A stretch of DNA of 64,000 nt from Candidatus Limnocylindria bacterium (GTDB lineage Bacteria; Chloroflexota; Limnocylindria; QHBO01). The notes under the pieces are model-generated. The model ran no database searches, had not been told where the DNA came from, and saw only the letters and a program-made list of their open reading frames with translations. Location of the stretch: positions 933 through 64,932 of the forward strand of contig JBBSHF010000001.1 in the NCBI GenBank assembly GCA_038253355.1, written 5' to 3'. Below, piece after piece: positions 1-10,400 of the stretch (positions are counted from its first letter, which is position 1; each line of letters opens with the position of its first letter). The position numbers and the translations under genes are program-made.

Positions 1-1
1 C

Positions 2-310
2 AACTTCCGCCGAGACCAATCCGAAACGGAGCTGCGGCCATTCCTCGCCGACGCCGAAGCGCGACTCATCCACTGCCAGGTGGCGCCAGACCTTCTCGCG
101 GAGCGTTATGCGACACGGATAGGTGCCCCCGGCCGCCACTCGGCTCACCGGGACGAGGCACGCCTTGGCGCCCTGACCGATGAGCTCGCCGAGGGTCGCT
201 TCGAACCGCTGCGTCTCGACATTCCCACGCTGCGCGTCGACACGACCTCCGGCTACCGCCCGCTGCTCGGCGAGATCGTGGCTTTCGCCGCCGGCGCGGT
301 GGCAGCGTGA
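2..310 (+). CDS. 3' end of an unidentified protein; the ORF is open from the window edge (partial)
   Basis: Frame is open from nt 2 to the TGA at 308-310 with GC3-rich codon usage. No family was recognised from the 102 aa visible. Confidence 0.4.
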   Translation, partial: NFRRDQSETELRPFLADAEARLIHCQVAPDLLAERYATRIGAPGRHSAHRDEARLGALTDELAEGRFEPLRLDIPTLRVDTTSGYRPLLGEIVAFAAGAVAA

Positions 311-365
311 CCACGGTGCCAGCGTGACCGCGGTGCCAGCGTGACCGCGGTGGAGGCGTGACGAC
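298..365. repeat. 17-bp direct tandem repeat x4 (GGTGSCAGCGTGACCRC) spanning the upstream stop and the recG start
   Basis: Read directly. Units lie at 298-314, 315-331, 332-348 and 349-365. Copies 2 and 3 are identical; copies 1 and 4 differ at 2-3 positions. Confidence 0.75.
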
Positions 366-2448
366 GCTGCAGGCTCCACGTCAGCTCGATGCAGACGACC
401 TGGACCAGCCTCTGCGCAGCGTCCTGCCCGACCTTGCTCGGCACGCCGCGGCGCTCCAGCGGCTGGGGATCGCCACACCGCGGCAGGCGCTCTTCTACCT
501 GCCGTTCCGCTACGACGACTTCAGCGACCTGCGGCCGCTCGCCGGCCTGATCCCCGATGAGAAGCAGTCCGCCCAGGTCCGTGTCGACTCGCTGAAGATC
601 GAGAAGGGCTTCGGCCGCAAGCCCCAGCGGGTCATCGCGCAGCTCTCCGACGCCAGCGGCAGCGCCGAGGCGGTCTGGTTCGGTCGCCGCTACGTCGAGA
701 CGAGGCTGCATCCTGGCGACGAGATCGTGGTCAGCGGCAAGGTCACCGAGCGTGGCTGGCGCGCCCAGTTCACCAGCCCCGACTTCTCGCCGGCGGGCAG
801 CGAATCGGTGCATACGGCGCGGGTCGTGCCGGTGTACCGCCTCTCCGGTGGCGTCACCCAGAAGCGCGTCCGTGAGCTCCTGGCGCGCATCCTTGACCGA
901 TGCCTGCCGCTCGTCGCAGATCCGCTCCGGTTTGATGAGCGTGAAGGCCTTCCCGGCCTGACCGATGCGCTGCACACCGCGCACTTCCCTGAAGAGACCG
1001 ATGACGTCATCCCGGCACTCGACCGCCTTGCCTTCGACGAGCTGCTCGCCCTGCAGCTGACCCTTGCCCAGGCGCGCGCCGCACGGTCGGGCCTGCGTGG
1101 TCCGCGGGTGGGCGTGGCGCCGCAGCAGCTCGCCACGATCATCGCGCAGCTCCCCTTTGCGCTGACTGGTGATCAACAACGCGCGGTCAGCGAAATCGTC
1201 GCCGATCTCGCCTCTGAGCAGCCGATGCGACGCCTGCTGCAGGGGGACGTCGGGAGCGGCAAGACGGCGGTCGCGGCGGTCGCCCTGGCGGCAGCGGTGC
1301 ACGCCGGCTGGCAGGGCGCCCTGATGGCGCCCACTGAGATCCTGGCCCGGCAGCACCACGCCGGGTTGGCCCCGTTGCTCGGGGCGCTCGACGTGCGCGC
1401 CGAGTTCCTGTCCGGATCACTGGCTTCCGGCGAGAAGCGGAAGGTGCACGACGCCATCGAGTCGGGCGAGGCGCAGGTCGTCATCGGTACGCACGCGGTG
1501 ATCAGCGAGGCGGTCACCTTCCCGCGCCTGGGCCTCGCGGTGGTCGACGAGCAGCACCGCTTCGGGGTCGGGCAGCGGGCCCGACTGCAGGCCAAGGGCG
1601 ATCGGCTGGAGCCGCACGTCCTGGCGCTGACCGCCACGCCGATCCCGCGCACCCTGGCCCTGACGGTCTACGGCGACCTGTCGATCAGCACCATCCGCGA
1701 GCTGCCGCCCGGCCGGCAGCCGATTCGCACCGAGCTGCGCGACCGCCGTGCGCTGCCGAAGATCGAGGCCTTCGTGGCGGACGAAGCGGCGGAGGGGCGG
1801 CAGTCGTTCGTGGTCGTGCCGCTGGTCAACGAATCGGAGGCCCTCAGCGTGGCTTCCGCTGAAGCCGAGGCGGAGCGGCTGCGCGACCGGCTGCCGGCGC
1901 TGCGCATCGGCCTGGTGCATGGCCAGCAGAAGGCGGCCGCACGCGACCAGACGATGCATGCCTTCGCCGCCGGGCAGCTTGACCTGCTGGTGGCGACCAC
2001 GGTCGTCGAGGTCGGGATCGACGTGCCGAACGCGTCGGTGATGCTCATCGAGGACGCGGAGCGCTTCGGCCTGGCGCAGCTGCACCAGCTGCGCGGGCGC
2101 GTCGGTCGTGGTGCTGACCGGTCCTTCTGCATCCTGCTCTCCGACTCGGACGACGAGATGGCGCGTCGACGCCTGGAGGTGGTCCGCGGCTCTTCGGACG
2201 GCTTCGCCATCGCGGAGGCCGACCTGCAGCTGCGTGGCGCCGGCAACGTGCTGGGCACCCGCCAGTCCGGCCTGCCACCGCTGCGCGTGGCCTCGCTGTT
2301 CGAGCCGCGCCACCTGCGTCTCGCCGAGCGCGCGCGGGAGCTGGCCGACGTACTGGTCAGCGCTGATCCCGACCTGCGCGATCGTCCCGGGCTGGCCCGC
2401 CTGCGCGAGGACTTCGCTCCGCTCGAGGAGGAGGGTGGCGCTGCCTGA
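358..2448 (+). CDS. recG: ATP-dependent DNA helicase RecG
   Basis: Walker A GDVGSGKT and a DEQHRFGV (DEQH) motif, with helicase C-terminal motifs. 696 aa is typical for RecG. Confidence 0.9.
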   Translation: MTTLQAPRQLDADDLDQPLRSVLPDLARHAAALQRLGIATPRQALFYLPFRYDDFSDLRPLAGLIPDEKQSAQVRVDSLKIEKGFGRKPQRVIAQLSDASGSAEAVWFGRRYVETRLHPGDEIVVSGKVTERGWRAQFTSPDFSPAGSESVHTARVVPVYRLSGGVTQKRVRELLARILDRCLPLVADPLRFDEREGLPGLTDALHTAHFPEETDDVIPALDRLAFDELLALQLTLAQARAARSGLRGPRVGVAPQQLATIIAQLPFALTGDQQRAVSEIVADLASEQPMRRLLQGDVGSGKTAVAAVALAAAVHAGWQGALMAPTEILARQHHAGLAPLLGALDVRAEFLSGSLASGEKRKVHDAIESGEAQVVIGTHAVISEAVTFPRLGLAVVDEQHRFGVGQRARLQAKGDRLEPHVLALTATPIPRTLALTVYGDLSISTIRELPPGRQPIRTELRDRRALPKIEAFVADEAAEGRQSFVVVPLVNESEALSVASAEAEAERLRDRLPALRIGLVHGQQKAAARDQTMHAFAAGQLDLLVATTVVEVGIDVPNASVMLIEDAERFGLAQLHQLRGRVGRGADRSFCILLSDSDDEMARRRLEVVRGSSDGFAIAEADLQLRGAGNVLGTRQSGLPPLRVASLFEPRHLRLAERARELADVLVSADPDLRDRPGLARLREDFAPLEEEGGAA

Positions 2449-2999
2449 TGCGGGTCATTGCCGGCAGCGCGCGCGGCGTTGCGCTGATCGCGCCCAGGGA
2501 TCGCGCCACTCGACCGATCAGCGACCGGGTCAAGGAGACCCTCTTTGGGATCCTGGGCGAGCGCGTGCTGGACGCGATCGTCCTCGACCTGTACGCAGGC
2601 AGCGGGGCCATCGGCATCGAGGCGCTCTCCCGCGGCGCGGCGCACTGCACCTTCGTGGAACGTGGCCGCCCGGCGCTGGCGGCGCTGACCGGCAACCTGC
2701 AGCGAACCCGCCTCGACGCTGCGGCAACAGTGCGATCCGGCGACGTGCTGCGCGTGCTGGGGGCCGAGCCCGATCATCGGTATGGGCTGGCCTTCCTTGA
2801 TCCGCCGTACGCCGAGCATGCTATCCTCGCGCCGCTCGAGCGCCTTCAACCGCACCTGAGCACCGATGCGATGGTGGTGGTCAAGCATTTCTGGCGGACC
2901 GCGGTGCCGTTGCCGCCCGGCCTGGCGGTCTGGCGCGAGCGGCGCTTCGGCGAAACGAGCCTCACTTTCCTGCAGACCGATGGAGCAGCCGAGCCATGA
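2448..2999 (+). CDS. rsmD: 16S rRNA (guanine966-N2)-methyltransferase RsmD
   Basis: N-terminal RVIAGSARG...DRVKE/R...LFGIL...LDLYAGSGAIGIEALSRGA motifs characteristic of RsmD. Start overlaps the recG stop (TGATG). Confidence 0.85.
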   Translation: MRVIAGSARGVALIAPRDRATRPISDRVKETLFGILGERVLDAIVLDLYAGSGAIGIEALSRGAAHCTFVERGRPALAALTGNLQRTRLDAAATVRSGDVLRVLGAEPDHRYGLAFLDPPYAEHAILAPLERLQPHLSTDAMVVVKHFWRTAVPLPPGLAVWRERRFGETSLTFLQTDGAAEP

Positions 3000-3487
3000 G
3001 CCGCGTGGCGGTCTTCCCCGGATCGTTCGATCCCATGACCAACGCCCATCTCGACGTCGCACGCCGGGCCGCCACGCTGTTCGATCGGCTGGTCATCGGC
3101 GTGCTGCACAACCCGAAGAAGCGGCCGGTCTTCGACGTCGGAGAGCGGGTGCAGCTGATTCGTGCGTCGGTGGCCGAGTTCGCCGCCAACGTCGAGGTGG
3201 AGGCCTTCGACGGCCTGACCGTCGACTTCGCCAGGCGCCAGGGGGCCGGCTTCATCGTGCGCGGGCTGCGCGCCGTCAGCGACTTTGAGGCAGAGCTGCA
3301 GATGGCCCACACCAACCGCAAGCTGGAGGCATCGGTCGATACCGCCTTCCTGATGAGCGCGCTGGAGTTCGGCTATCTGTCATCGACGCTCGCCAAGGAG
3401 GTGGCCCAGTTCGGCGGCGATATCTCGGGGATGGTGCCGCCGCCGGTCGCCGCCGCGCTCCGGGAGCGCGTGCAGGAGGCAGGCTAG
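2996..3487 (+). CDS. coaD: Phosphopantetheine adenylyltransferase
   Basis: VAVFPGSFDPMTNAHLDV nucleotidyltransferase motif (HxGH variant). 163 aa. ATGA overlap with rsmD. Confidence 0.9.
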   Translation: MSRVAVFPGSFDPMTNAHLDVARRAATLFDRLVIGVLHNPKKRPVFDVGERVQLIRASVAEFAANVEVEAFDGLTVDFARRQGAGFIVRGLRAVSDFEAELQMAHTNRKLEASVDTAFLMSALEFGYLSSTLAKEVAQFGGDISGMVPPPVAAALRERVQEAG

Positions 3488-3583
3488 GCGAGGTCTATAA
3501 TCCGCTGCAACCAGGCGCGCATCGCGTCGTCGGAGGTCTCAGCCACGGACATCATCTTCCTCGTCGAGCGGCTCGAATCGGTC

Positions 3584-4078
3584 GTGGCCAGCAGCAAGAA
3601 GCTCCCGTTGACGAACAACGTGGTCGTCGACCAGTCAGCCCTGCTCGAGCTGGTCGACCAGCTGCGCGTCTCGATCCCGGAGGAGGTGCGCCAGGCAAAG
3701 CGCATCAGCGAGGAGGCCAGCAGGATCACCGCTCGGGCCAGCGAAGAGGCCGATGCGGTCATCGCCCGCGCGCAGGAGCAGGCCGCCCAGATGCTCGAGG
3801 AGCGTGAGCTGGTGCGCATGGCGCAGCAGCGTGCTGCCGAGATCCTGGACGGCGCAAACGACGAGGGAGCCGAAGTGCGCCGTGGCGCCGACGAGTATGC
3901 CGCCGGCGTCCTGATTCGGCTGGAGGGCGAGTGCATCAAGGCGCTGACCAGCATCAAGCGCGGGATCGACATGCTCGACGAGCGTCATCGTCTGCCGGAC
4001 CCACCGCGACCCACCGACGGCCGTGAACCGGTTCTTCCCTTCGAGCAGGAGCCAGCCGAGCCAGCGCAGCAGCCATGA
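3584..4078 (+). CDS. Hypothetical coiled-coil protein (ATP synthase b-like / DivIVA-like helical protein)
   Basis: GTG is the first possible start in the open frame. Long charged heptad-like helices (EEASRITARASEEADAVIARAQEQAAQMLEERE). Conserved position between coaD and yceD. Confidence 0.5.
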   Translation: MASSKKLPLTNNVVVDQSALLELVDQLRVSIPEEVRQAKRISEEASRITARASEEADAVIARAQEQAAQMLEERELVRMAQQRAAEILDGANDEGAEVRRGADEYAAGVLIRLEGECIKALTSIKRGIDMLDERHRLPDPPRPTDGREPVLPFEQEPAEPAQQP

Positions 4079-4611
4079 CCTCGTTCAACGCCGCGGGTCT
4101 GCTGCGGGAGCCACCCGGAGCGTTCCGCGACTTCCGCCTGCACGATCACTACGTCACCCTCGGGCCGGAGCTGGAGCTGGCCGGACCGATCGAGCTCGAC
4201 CTCCGGCTGCAGCGCACCAACCGCGGCGTCCTGGTGCGCGGCCGCGTCAATGCCCCGCTGCGGCGCACCTGCGCGCGCTGCCTCGATCCATATGTCGATG
4301 AGGTCGGGGTCGAGATCGCCGAGGAGTTCCTGCCGAGCGTGGACCCCGACAGTGGCACGCCGCTCGCGGCGCCGGACGAGGGCGAGGGAGTGCTGGCCAT
4401 CAACGCGCACCACGAGATCGAGCTGGACCCGGTGCTGCACGACGAGCTGCTGCTCACCGAGCCGATGCACCCGCTGTGTCGCCCTGATTGTCCGGGTCTG
4501 TGCGTGACCTGTGGGCAGAGCCTGGCGGGCGCTGCGCACGACCACGGCGAGCCGGAGATCGATCCGCGCCTCGCTGTCCTGGCGCGGCTCCTCGACCACG
4601 CTGACCGGTAG
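4075..4611 (+). CDS. yceD: YceD/DUF177 family protein (large ribosomal subunit accumulation, upstream of rpmF)
   Basis: CxxC...CxxxCxxLCxxC cysteine signature (CARCLDPY...CRPDCPGLCVTCGQSL) and the classic position immediately upstream of rpmF. Confidence 0.8.
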   Translation: MTSFNAAGLLREPPGAFRDFRLHDHYVTLGPELELAGPIELDLRLQRTNRGVLVRGRVNAPLRRTCARCLDPYVDEVGVEIAEEFLPSVDPDSGTPLAAPDEGEGVLAINAHHEIELDPVLHDELLLTEPMHPLCRPDCPGLCVTCGQSLAGAAHDHGEPEIDPRLAVLARLLDHADR

Positions 4612-4635
4612 TCGCGGGGGGTACGCGGGCTGGGG

Positions 4636-4666
4636 TTCGCCAGAGTGCTCGATCGCCGACTATACT
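4636..4666 (+). promoter_or_regulatory. Candidate promoter for rpmF-plsX (-10 TATACT at 4661-4666, followed by GCGGCG)
   Basis: TATACT hexamer with a GC-rich discriminator. Same motif family as the other ribosomal promoters in this window. Confidence 0.35.
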
Positions 4667-4703
4667 GCGGCGTCCCGTTCGAACGTCTTCCGAGGAGTCA
4701 CGC

Positions 4704-4907
4704 GTGGGTGTTCCCAAGCGAAAAGTGTCAAAGGCCCGCCAGGGCGAGCGTCGAGCCCACCTGGCGATCAGCGCGCCGCCGCTGGTCGAGTGCGACCACT
4801 GCCATGAGCTGAAGCGCGCGCATCACGTGTGCCCGACGTGTGGCTATTACGATGGTCGCGAGGCGGTCCCGGTCCGGTCGGCCACGCCGGCGGAGGGCCA
4901 GGGCTGA
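4704..4907 (+). CDS. rpmF: 50S ribosomal protein L32
   Basis: GVPKRKVSKARQGERRAH...CxxC...CPTCG zinc-ribbon L32 signature. GTG start with GAGGAG RBS at 4693-4698. Confidence 0.9.
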   Translation: MGVPKRKVSKARQGERRAHLAISAPPLVECDHCHELKRAHHVCPTCGYYDGREAVPVRSATPAEGQG

Positions 4908-4920
4908 CGCCCACACGCTG

Positions 4921-5985
4921 ATGCGCATCGCGGTCGATGCGATGGGCGGGGACCACGCCCCCCGCGAGGTCGTTCGTGGCGCCCTCAATTACGCGGCATC
5001 GCACGCCGACGAAGTGATCCTGGTCGGCGACCTGCTGCGCATCGAGCGCGAGATCAACGAGTACGGCCACGGCCGACCGGCGAGCGTGCGCTTCGTCGAC
5101 GCCCCCGAGGTGATCGGGATGGGGGAGGCGCCCGCGGCTGCGCTGCGTGTCAAGCGGCGCGCCTCGATCCGGGTCGCCACCGACCTGGTGCGCAATGGTG
5201 AGGCCGATGCGGTGGTCAGCGCCGGCTCGACCGGTGCCCAGATGGCGGCGGCGATCCTGCGGCTTGGCCGCATCGAGGGGATCGACCGACCGGCGCTGCC
5301 GGCGCACATGGTCACCGCCACCGGTCCGATCATGCTGCTCGATGTGGGCGCCAACGTCGATTCGGACGCCGCCAACCTCGTCCAGTTCGCGGCGATGGGC
5401 GCCATCTTCGCTGAGCGCGTGCTCAGAGTGACGCGGCCACGGGTCGCACTCCTCAACATCGGCGAGGAGCCGGAGAAGGGCGATGTGCTCACCCGCGAGG
5501 CGAACGTGCTGCTGCGCGCCAGCGACCTCAATTTCGTGGGCAACGTCGAGGCGCACGAGATGATCGGTCACGTGGCCGATGTGGTCGTCTGTGACGGCTT
5601 CGTGGGCAACGTCGTGATCAAGCTCTTCGAGGGCCTCACCGGCTACATCTTTCGCGCGCTGCGCAGCGACCTGCAGCAGGGCCCCATGGCGCCGCTGGCG
5701 CTGCTGGCCCTGAAGCCCGGCTTCGAGCGCATCAAGCAGCGCTTCGACTACGAGCAGTACGGTGGCTCGCCACTGCTCGGTGTGCGTGGGGTCAGCATCG
5801 TGACCCACGGACGGGCCAAGGCCTGCATGGTCGAGCATGCCATCCGGGTCGCCTCCGAGGCTGCCGCCGCTCACATTCCGCAGGTCATCGCCGACTGGAG
5901 TCGCAGCCATCCGTTGCCGTCGTCGTCCGACGATCGTCGGACGGCCAGCCAGGCGGTCGCGGCCGGCCCGGAAGTCGGGGACTGA
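4921..5985 (+). CDS. plsX: Phosphate acyltransferase PlsX
   Basis: MRIAVDAMGGDHAP N-terminus and a GNVxxK motif. Start was chosen at the conserved M; the ORF is open further upstream. Confidence 0.9.
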   Translation: MRIAVDAMGGDHAPREVVRGALNYAASHADEVILVGDLLRIEREINEYGHGRPASVRFVDAPEVIGMGEAPAAALRVKRRASIRVATDLVRNGEADAVVSAGSTGAQMAAAILRLGRIEGIDRPALPAHMVTATGPIMLLDVGANVDSDAANLVQFAAMGAIFAERVLRVTRPRVALLNIGEEPEKGDVLTREANVLLRASDLNFVGNVEAHEMIGHVADVVVCDGFVGNVVIKLFEGLTGYIFRALRSDLQQGPMAPLALLALKPGFERIKQRFDYEQYGGSPLLGVRGVSIVTHGRAKACMVEHAIRVASEAAAAHIPQVIADWSRSHPLPSSSDDRRTASQAVAAGPEVGD

Positions 5986-5990
5986 ATCGG

Positions 5991-6431
5991 ATGGCCGCCG
6001 CCCATCGGCCAGTCGAGGACGGTTCGGGGCTGCAGGCACGACGGCTGGCGCTGCTGGCACTCTTCGAGGCCGAGTTCCGTCCGACCCAGGCGAGCGCCGC
6101 GATGGAGCGCCTGGCCGCGGACCGCGATCTCGAGGCCGACATCGTCGAGCATGCTCGACGGATCGTGCAGGGGGTTGCCGAACATCGGCCTGAGCTGGAC
6201 CAGCGGATCGCCGAAGTGGCGCCCGCCATCCCGGTCGCGGAGCTTGGCAAAGTCGAGCGTACGATCCTGCGGAGCGCGCTGTTCGAGGTGCTATACTCCG
6301 CCGCGACCCCGAGCGGGGAGGCGATCAGCGATGCCGTGTCCCTCGCCCGGATCTATGCCGGAGATGCGGCCCGCCGCCTCGTGAACGGCGTCTTGGGGAG
6401 CATTGCTAGATCATCGGGTGGAGGTGTCTGA
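5991..6431 (+). CDS. nusB: NusB-family transcription antitermination protein
   Basis: [28 protein letters not shown] and [12 protein letters not shown] match the NusB helical motifs. Confidence 0.7.
   Translation: MAAAHRPVEDGSGLQARRLALLALFEAEFRPTQASAAMERLAADRDLEADIVEHARRIVQGVAEHRPELDQRIAEVAPAIPVAELGKVERTILRSALFEVLYSAATPSGEAISDAVSLARIYAGDAARRLVNGVLGSIARSSGGGV
6289..6297 (+). promoter_or_regulatory. Candidate extended -10 promoter (TGcTATACT followed by CCGCCGCG) inside the 3' end of the nusB-like gene, 137 nt upstream of acpP
   Basis: Exact TGcTATACTCCGC motif shared with the rplS and rpsB upstream regions. Confidence 0.35.
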
Positions 6432-6433
6432 CG

Positions 6434-6676
6434 GTGACCGACGGTACGACGTATGACCGGCTCAAGAAGATCATTGTCGAGCAGTTGGGCGTGGACGAGG
6501 AAGAGGTTACGCCGCAGGCCTCGTTCGTCGAGGACCTCAACGCCGACTCGCTCGACCTGGTCGAGCTGATCATGAGCCTCGAGGAGGAGTTCGGGATCGA
6601 GATCTCGGACGAGGACGCGGAGAAGATCCAGAAGGTCTCCGACGCGACCGAGTACATCGAGGAGCATCAGCAGTAG
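6434..6676 (+). CDS. acpP: Acyl carrier protein
   Basis: DSLDLVEL phosphopantetheine-attachment motif. 80 aa. GTG start with GGTGGAGGTG RBS. Confidence 0.9.
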   Translation: MTDGTTYDRLKKIIVEQLGVDEEEVTPQASFVEDLNADSLDLVELIMSLEEEFGIEISDEDAEKIQKVSDATEYIEEHQQ

Positions 6677-6685
6677 CATTCGTCG

Positions 6686-7414
6686 ATGGCAGCTCCGCGC
6701 ATCGACGAGCTGGGTGACCGTCTGGGCATCAGGCTTCGCGAGCCCGAAGCCATCCAGCAGGCGTTCGTCCACAGCTCCTATTTCAATGAGAACCCGCGGG
6801 GCGTCATTGGCCACAACGAGCGCCTCGAGTTCTTGGGCGACGCGGTTGTCGGCCTGGTCGTCAGCCGCTTCCTGTACGAGCGCTATCCGGATGAAGACGA
6901 GGGATTTCTGACAGCGCGTCGCGCGGCGCTGGTCAACCGCGACGCCCTCGCTGCACTCGCACTGCAGCTTCAGCTCGACCGCTACCTGCTTCTCGGCCGA
7001 GGTGAGGCCGATGCCGGCGGCGCCACCCGTCCCTCACTGCTCGCCGCCACCTTCGAGGCGGTCGCGGGCGCCGTCTTCCTGGCGGAAGGGGTCGATGCGC
7101 TGGGCGACTGGCTGCGGCCGCTCTTCGCCGAGCGGCTTGAGGCGCCCGGCGATGGCGACGGTCCACCGAAGTCGGCCAAGAGCCGCCTGCAGGAGTGGAC
7201 GCAGCGCCATCGGCACACCAAGCCGCGCTACGAGCTGGTCGCCACCGGTGGCCCGCCGCACGAGCAGACCTTCCAGGTGGCCGCTGTGCTCGACGGTCGA
7301 CGGCTGGCGATTGGCGAGGGATCGAGCCGACAGCGCGCCGAGGAGAATGCGGCCGCCGCTGCATTGGTCGCGCTCGCCGCAGAAACGGCGAAGCCGGAAC
7401 GCGCTCACCGGTGA
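6686..7414 (+). CDS. rnc: Ribonuclease III
   Basis: ERLEFLGDAVVGLVV RNase III signature, with a dsRBD at the C-terminus. Confidence 0.9.
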   Translation: MAAPRIDELGDRLGIRLREPEAIQQAFVHSSYFNENPRGVIGHNERLEFLGDAVVGLVVSRFLYERYPDEDEGFLTARRAALVNRDALAALALQLQLDRYLLLGRGEADAGGATRPSLLAATFEAVAGAVFLAEGVDALGDWLRPLFAERLEAPGDGDGPPKSAKSRLQEWTQRHRHTKPRYELVATGGPPHEQTFQVAAVLDGRRLAIGEGSSRQRAEENAAAAALVALAAETAKPERAHR

Positions 7415-10400
7415 GCCGGCTGCGCGAGCTGCGGCTGCACGGCTTCAAGACCTTCGCCGATCCGACGCGCTTCGTCTTCGAACCGGGCGTCAACGCCGTC
7501 ATCGGTCCCAATGGCAGCGGCAAGAGCAACATGGCCGATGCGGTGCGCTGGGTGCTCGGCGAGCAATCGAATCGCTCGCTGCGCACGCGTCGTGCCGACG
7601 ATGTGATCTTTGCCGGCTCGCAGCATCGCCAGCCGCAGGGGATGGCCGAGGCCGTCCTCACCCTGGACAACGCCGATGGCTGGCTGCCGATCGACTTCGG
7701 TGAGGTCAGCATCGGACGGCGCGCATATCGCTCCGGGGAGAGCGAGTACCTGATCAACGGGGCACGCGCCCGCCTGCGGGACGTGGTTGAGCTGCTGGGC
7801 GAGGGACGCCTGGGCGCCAACGAGCTGGTGGTGGTTGGCCAGGGAACGGTCGATGCCGCCCTGTCGCTGCGCCCCGAGGAGCGTCGCCAGCTCTTCGAGG
7901 AGGCGGCCGGCGTCAAGGGTCTGCAGGTGCGCAAGAACGAGGCGATGGCCCGCCTCGCCAAGGCACGCGATAACCTGACGCGGATCACCGACCTGATCGG
8001 CGAGCTCAGGCCGCAGGTCCGCCGGCTCAGCGCACAGGCGCAGCACCAGCAGGAACACGACGGGCTGCTGCTCCACGCGCGGGCCCTCGTCGGGGAGTCG
8101 CACCGGCGTCGCGAGCGTGCTGCGCGGGCCGGACTCGGTGAGGTGCGCCGGCGGGCTGCTGCCGCCGAGGCTGCACTCGAGTCGCTGCGAGCGGAGCAGC
8201 AGGCCGGCCAGGCCGAGCAGCAGGCTGCCGAGGAGCGCTACTGGCAGGCAGAGGCCGCGGCGCGCGCCGCGGCTGAGCAGCGCGAATCGACGCGCGAGGC
8301 GCTGATCCGGGCCGAGAGTCGATCCGACGCGATGGCGGCGCGCCGCGAGGAGCTGCGCGCCGCCATCGAGCTCGGCGACCGTGAGCTGGCCGCGGCCCGC
8401 CGGGCGCGGGCGGGGCTGGTCGAGATGGCGCCTGAGGCCGAGATCGCTGCTGTCCTGGCGCGATCCACGGCGGCAGAAGGTGACTGGCAGGGGACGATCG
8501 CGATGCTGGCCGCCGCCGACGCTGAGCTGCTTGCCGCCGAGGACGCACTGGCCGAGGCGCGTCTTCGCGACGCGGAGCGGCTGGCCGCCGACGCACGACG
8601 CCGCGAGACGCTCTCCGCCACGCTCGCCCGACGAGAGCGACTCGAACGAGATCTGGCCGCGCAGGGTGAGATGTTGGCGCGGAGCCAGGCTGCGGTCGAG
8701 GCGGCGCGAACAGCGCTCTCCGCGGCGGACGCGCAGGAGGACGCAGCGCACCGGCGCATGCTCGCGGTCCAGGCCGCGTTGGCCACCGCGCAGCAAGCCG
8801 CTGATGCGACCCGCCTGCGGGCTGCGCAGCTGGCCGGGCAGGCAGAGACGGTCCGAGGCGAGCTCGCCGCGCTGCGCGAGCGGACGGAGGGCGGCAATCG
8901 GCTGGGGGCGCTGCTCGCCGCTGGCGGCTGGTCGACCCTGCTCGACGCCGTCGCCGCTCCCGAGGAAACGTGGCCAGCGATCGAGGCGCTGGTTGGTGGT
9001 GAGCTTGGCGAGGCGCTGCTGTGGCGAGACCAGGAGCTCAGCGGTGACCTTGACGTCGGCCGCGGCGTCGCGCGCCTGCTGGCCGGAGGTCCCGCAGCAG
9101 CCGGTCGCAGCGCGGCGGCCGAGCGCGAGGCCGCGTTGCGCGCGGTCGGTGCGACCCGGACAGTGGCCGAGTGGGCAGGGGCGGCCGACGTGCCGGCCAT
9201 CTTTCATCGGGCCGTGGTGGCCGCCGATCTCGCCGCGCTGCTGCGGGGCTGGCGCGACCTGCCCGCGGGCTGGTCGGCGGTGACGGTCCAGGGCGACCTG
9301 GCTGATGCTCGCGGCGTGCTGACCCTGCGCGGCCGGGCCGAGCCTGCTGGCGGCAGTGCTGCGCGGGCCCACGCCCGACGACGCGAACTGGCGGAGCGGA
9401 TGGAGGCGCTCAGCGCCGAGGAGCTGCAGGCCGCCGCCACCACCGAGGGCGCTGCCTCAGAGCTCGAGCGGCTGCGTCGCGAGCTCGCCGAGGTGCGGCA
9501 CGCGCACGAGGAGGCAGAACGCGTGACGCGCCGCGCACGCGCCGAAGCCGATCTGGTGCAGGCAAACCGGGAACGCGGCGAGCGTGAGGCGGCGGAGCTC
9601 GACACCCAGCTGCGGCGCGCCCGGGCTGCCGAGGCGACAGCGGGGAGCACTCCGGACGCCAGGACGCCGGGCGATGGGCAGCTCGACCGCCTCACGCTCG
9701 CTGTCGTCGAGGCGCGCCGCCGTCGAGACACCGTGGCCGCCGAGCGCGACAGCGCGCGCGCCGGGTGGCAGGAGGCGCGCGCGGCAGCCGAGGCGGTCGA
9801 GACGAGCAGCGTCGGGCAGCGACGCGAGCGCGGTCTTCTCGAGGCGCGGGTGGTGCAGCATGAAGCGGCGCTTCCCACGCAGCGCGCGGTGCTGGCCACG
9901 ATCGAGCAGGAGTCGACGACGGCCGGCGACCTGCTTGCGGCGGCGCACACACGCGACGGCCTGGCTGCCCGAGCGCGTGCCGCGGCCGATGCCGAGCGTG
10001 AGCGGCTGCGCGCGGAGCTGCTTGCCAAGGAGCGCGGCAGCGGAGCCGCCGCTGCACGCTTCGGCGAGCTGGAGCGTGACGCGCAGGCATCGGCGATCGA
10101 GGCCTCGCGACAGGAGGACGCGCTCAGCGCGCTGGAGCGCGAGCGCGAGCTCGCCCTGGAGAGCCTTCCAGAGGCGGATGAGCCGTCAACGGTCGGCCAG
10201 TCGCCCGAATCTGAAGACCCACAGCTTTTCGGGATGGACGAGGCGAGCCTCGATACGGAGCTGCGCCGTGTGCGTCGCACGCTCGGCCAGATCGGATCGG
10301 TCAACCCGTTTGCCGTCGAGGAACATCGCGAGCTCGCCGCGCGGCTCGACGACGTGTCGACGCAGGATGGCGACCTGCGCGGCGCCATCGGCTCCACTGA

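Noticed and set aside
7405-9372. 655-codon minus-strand ORF antisense to smc
   Set aside because: Arg/Ala/Pro/Gly-rich low-complexity translation typical of shadow ORFs in 70% GC DNA. The sense strand encodes a clear SMC.
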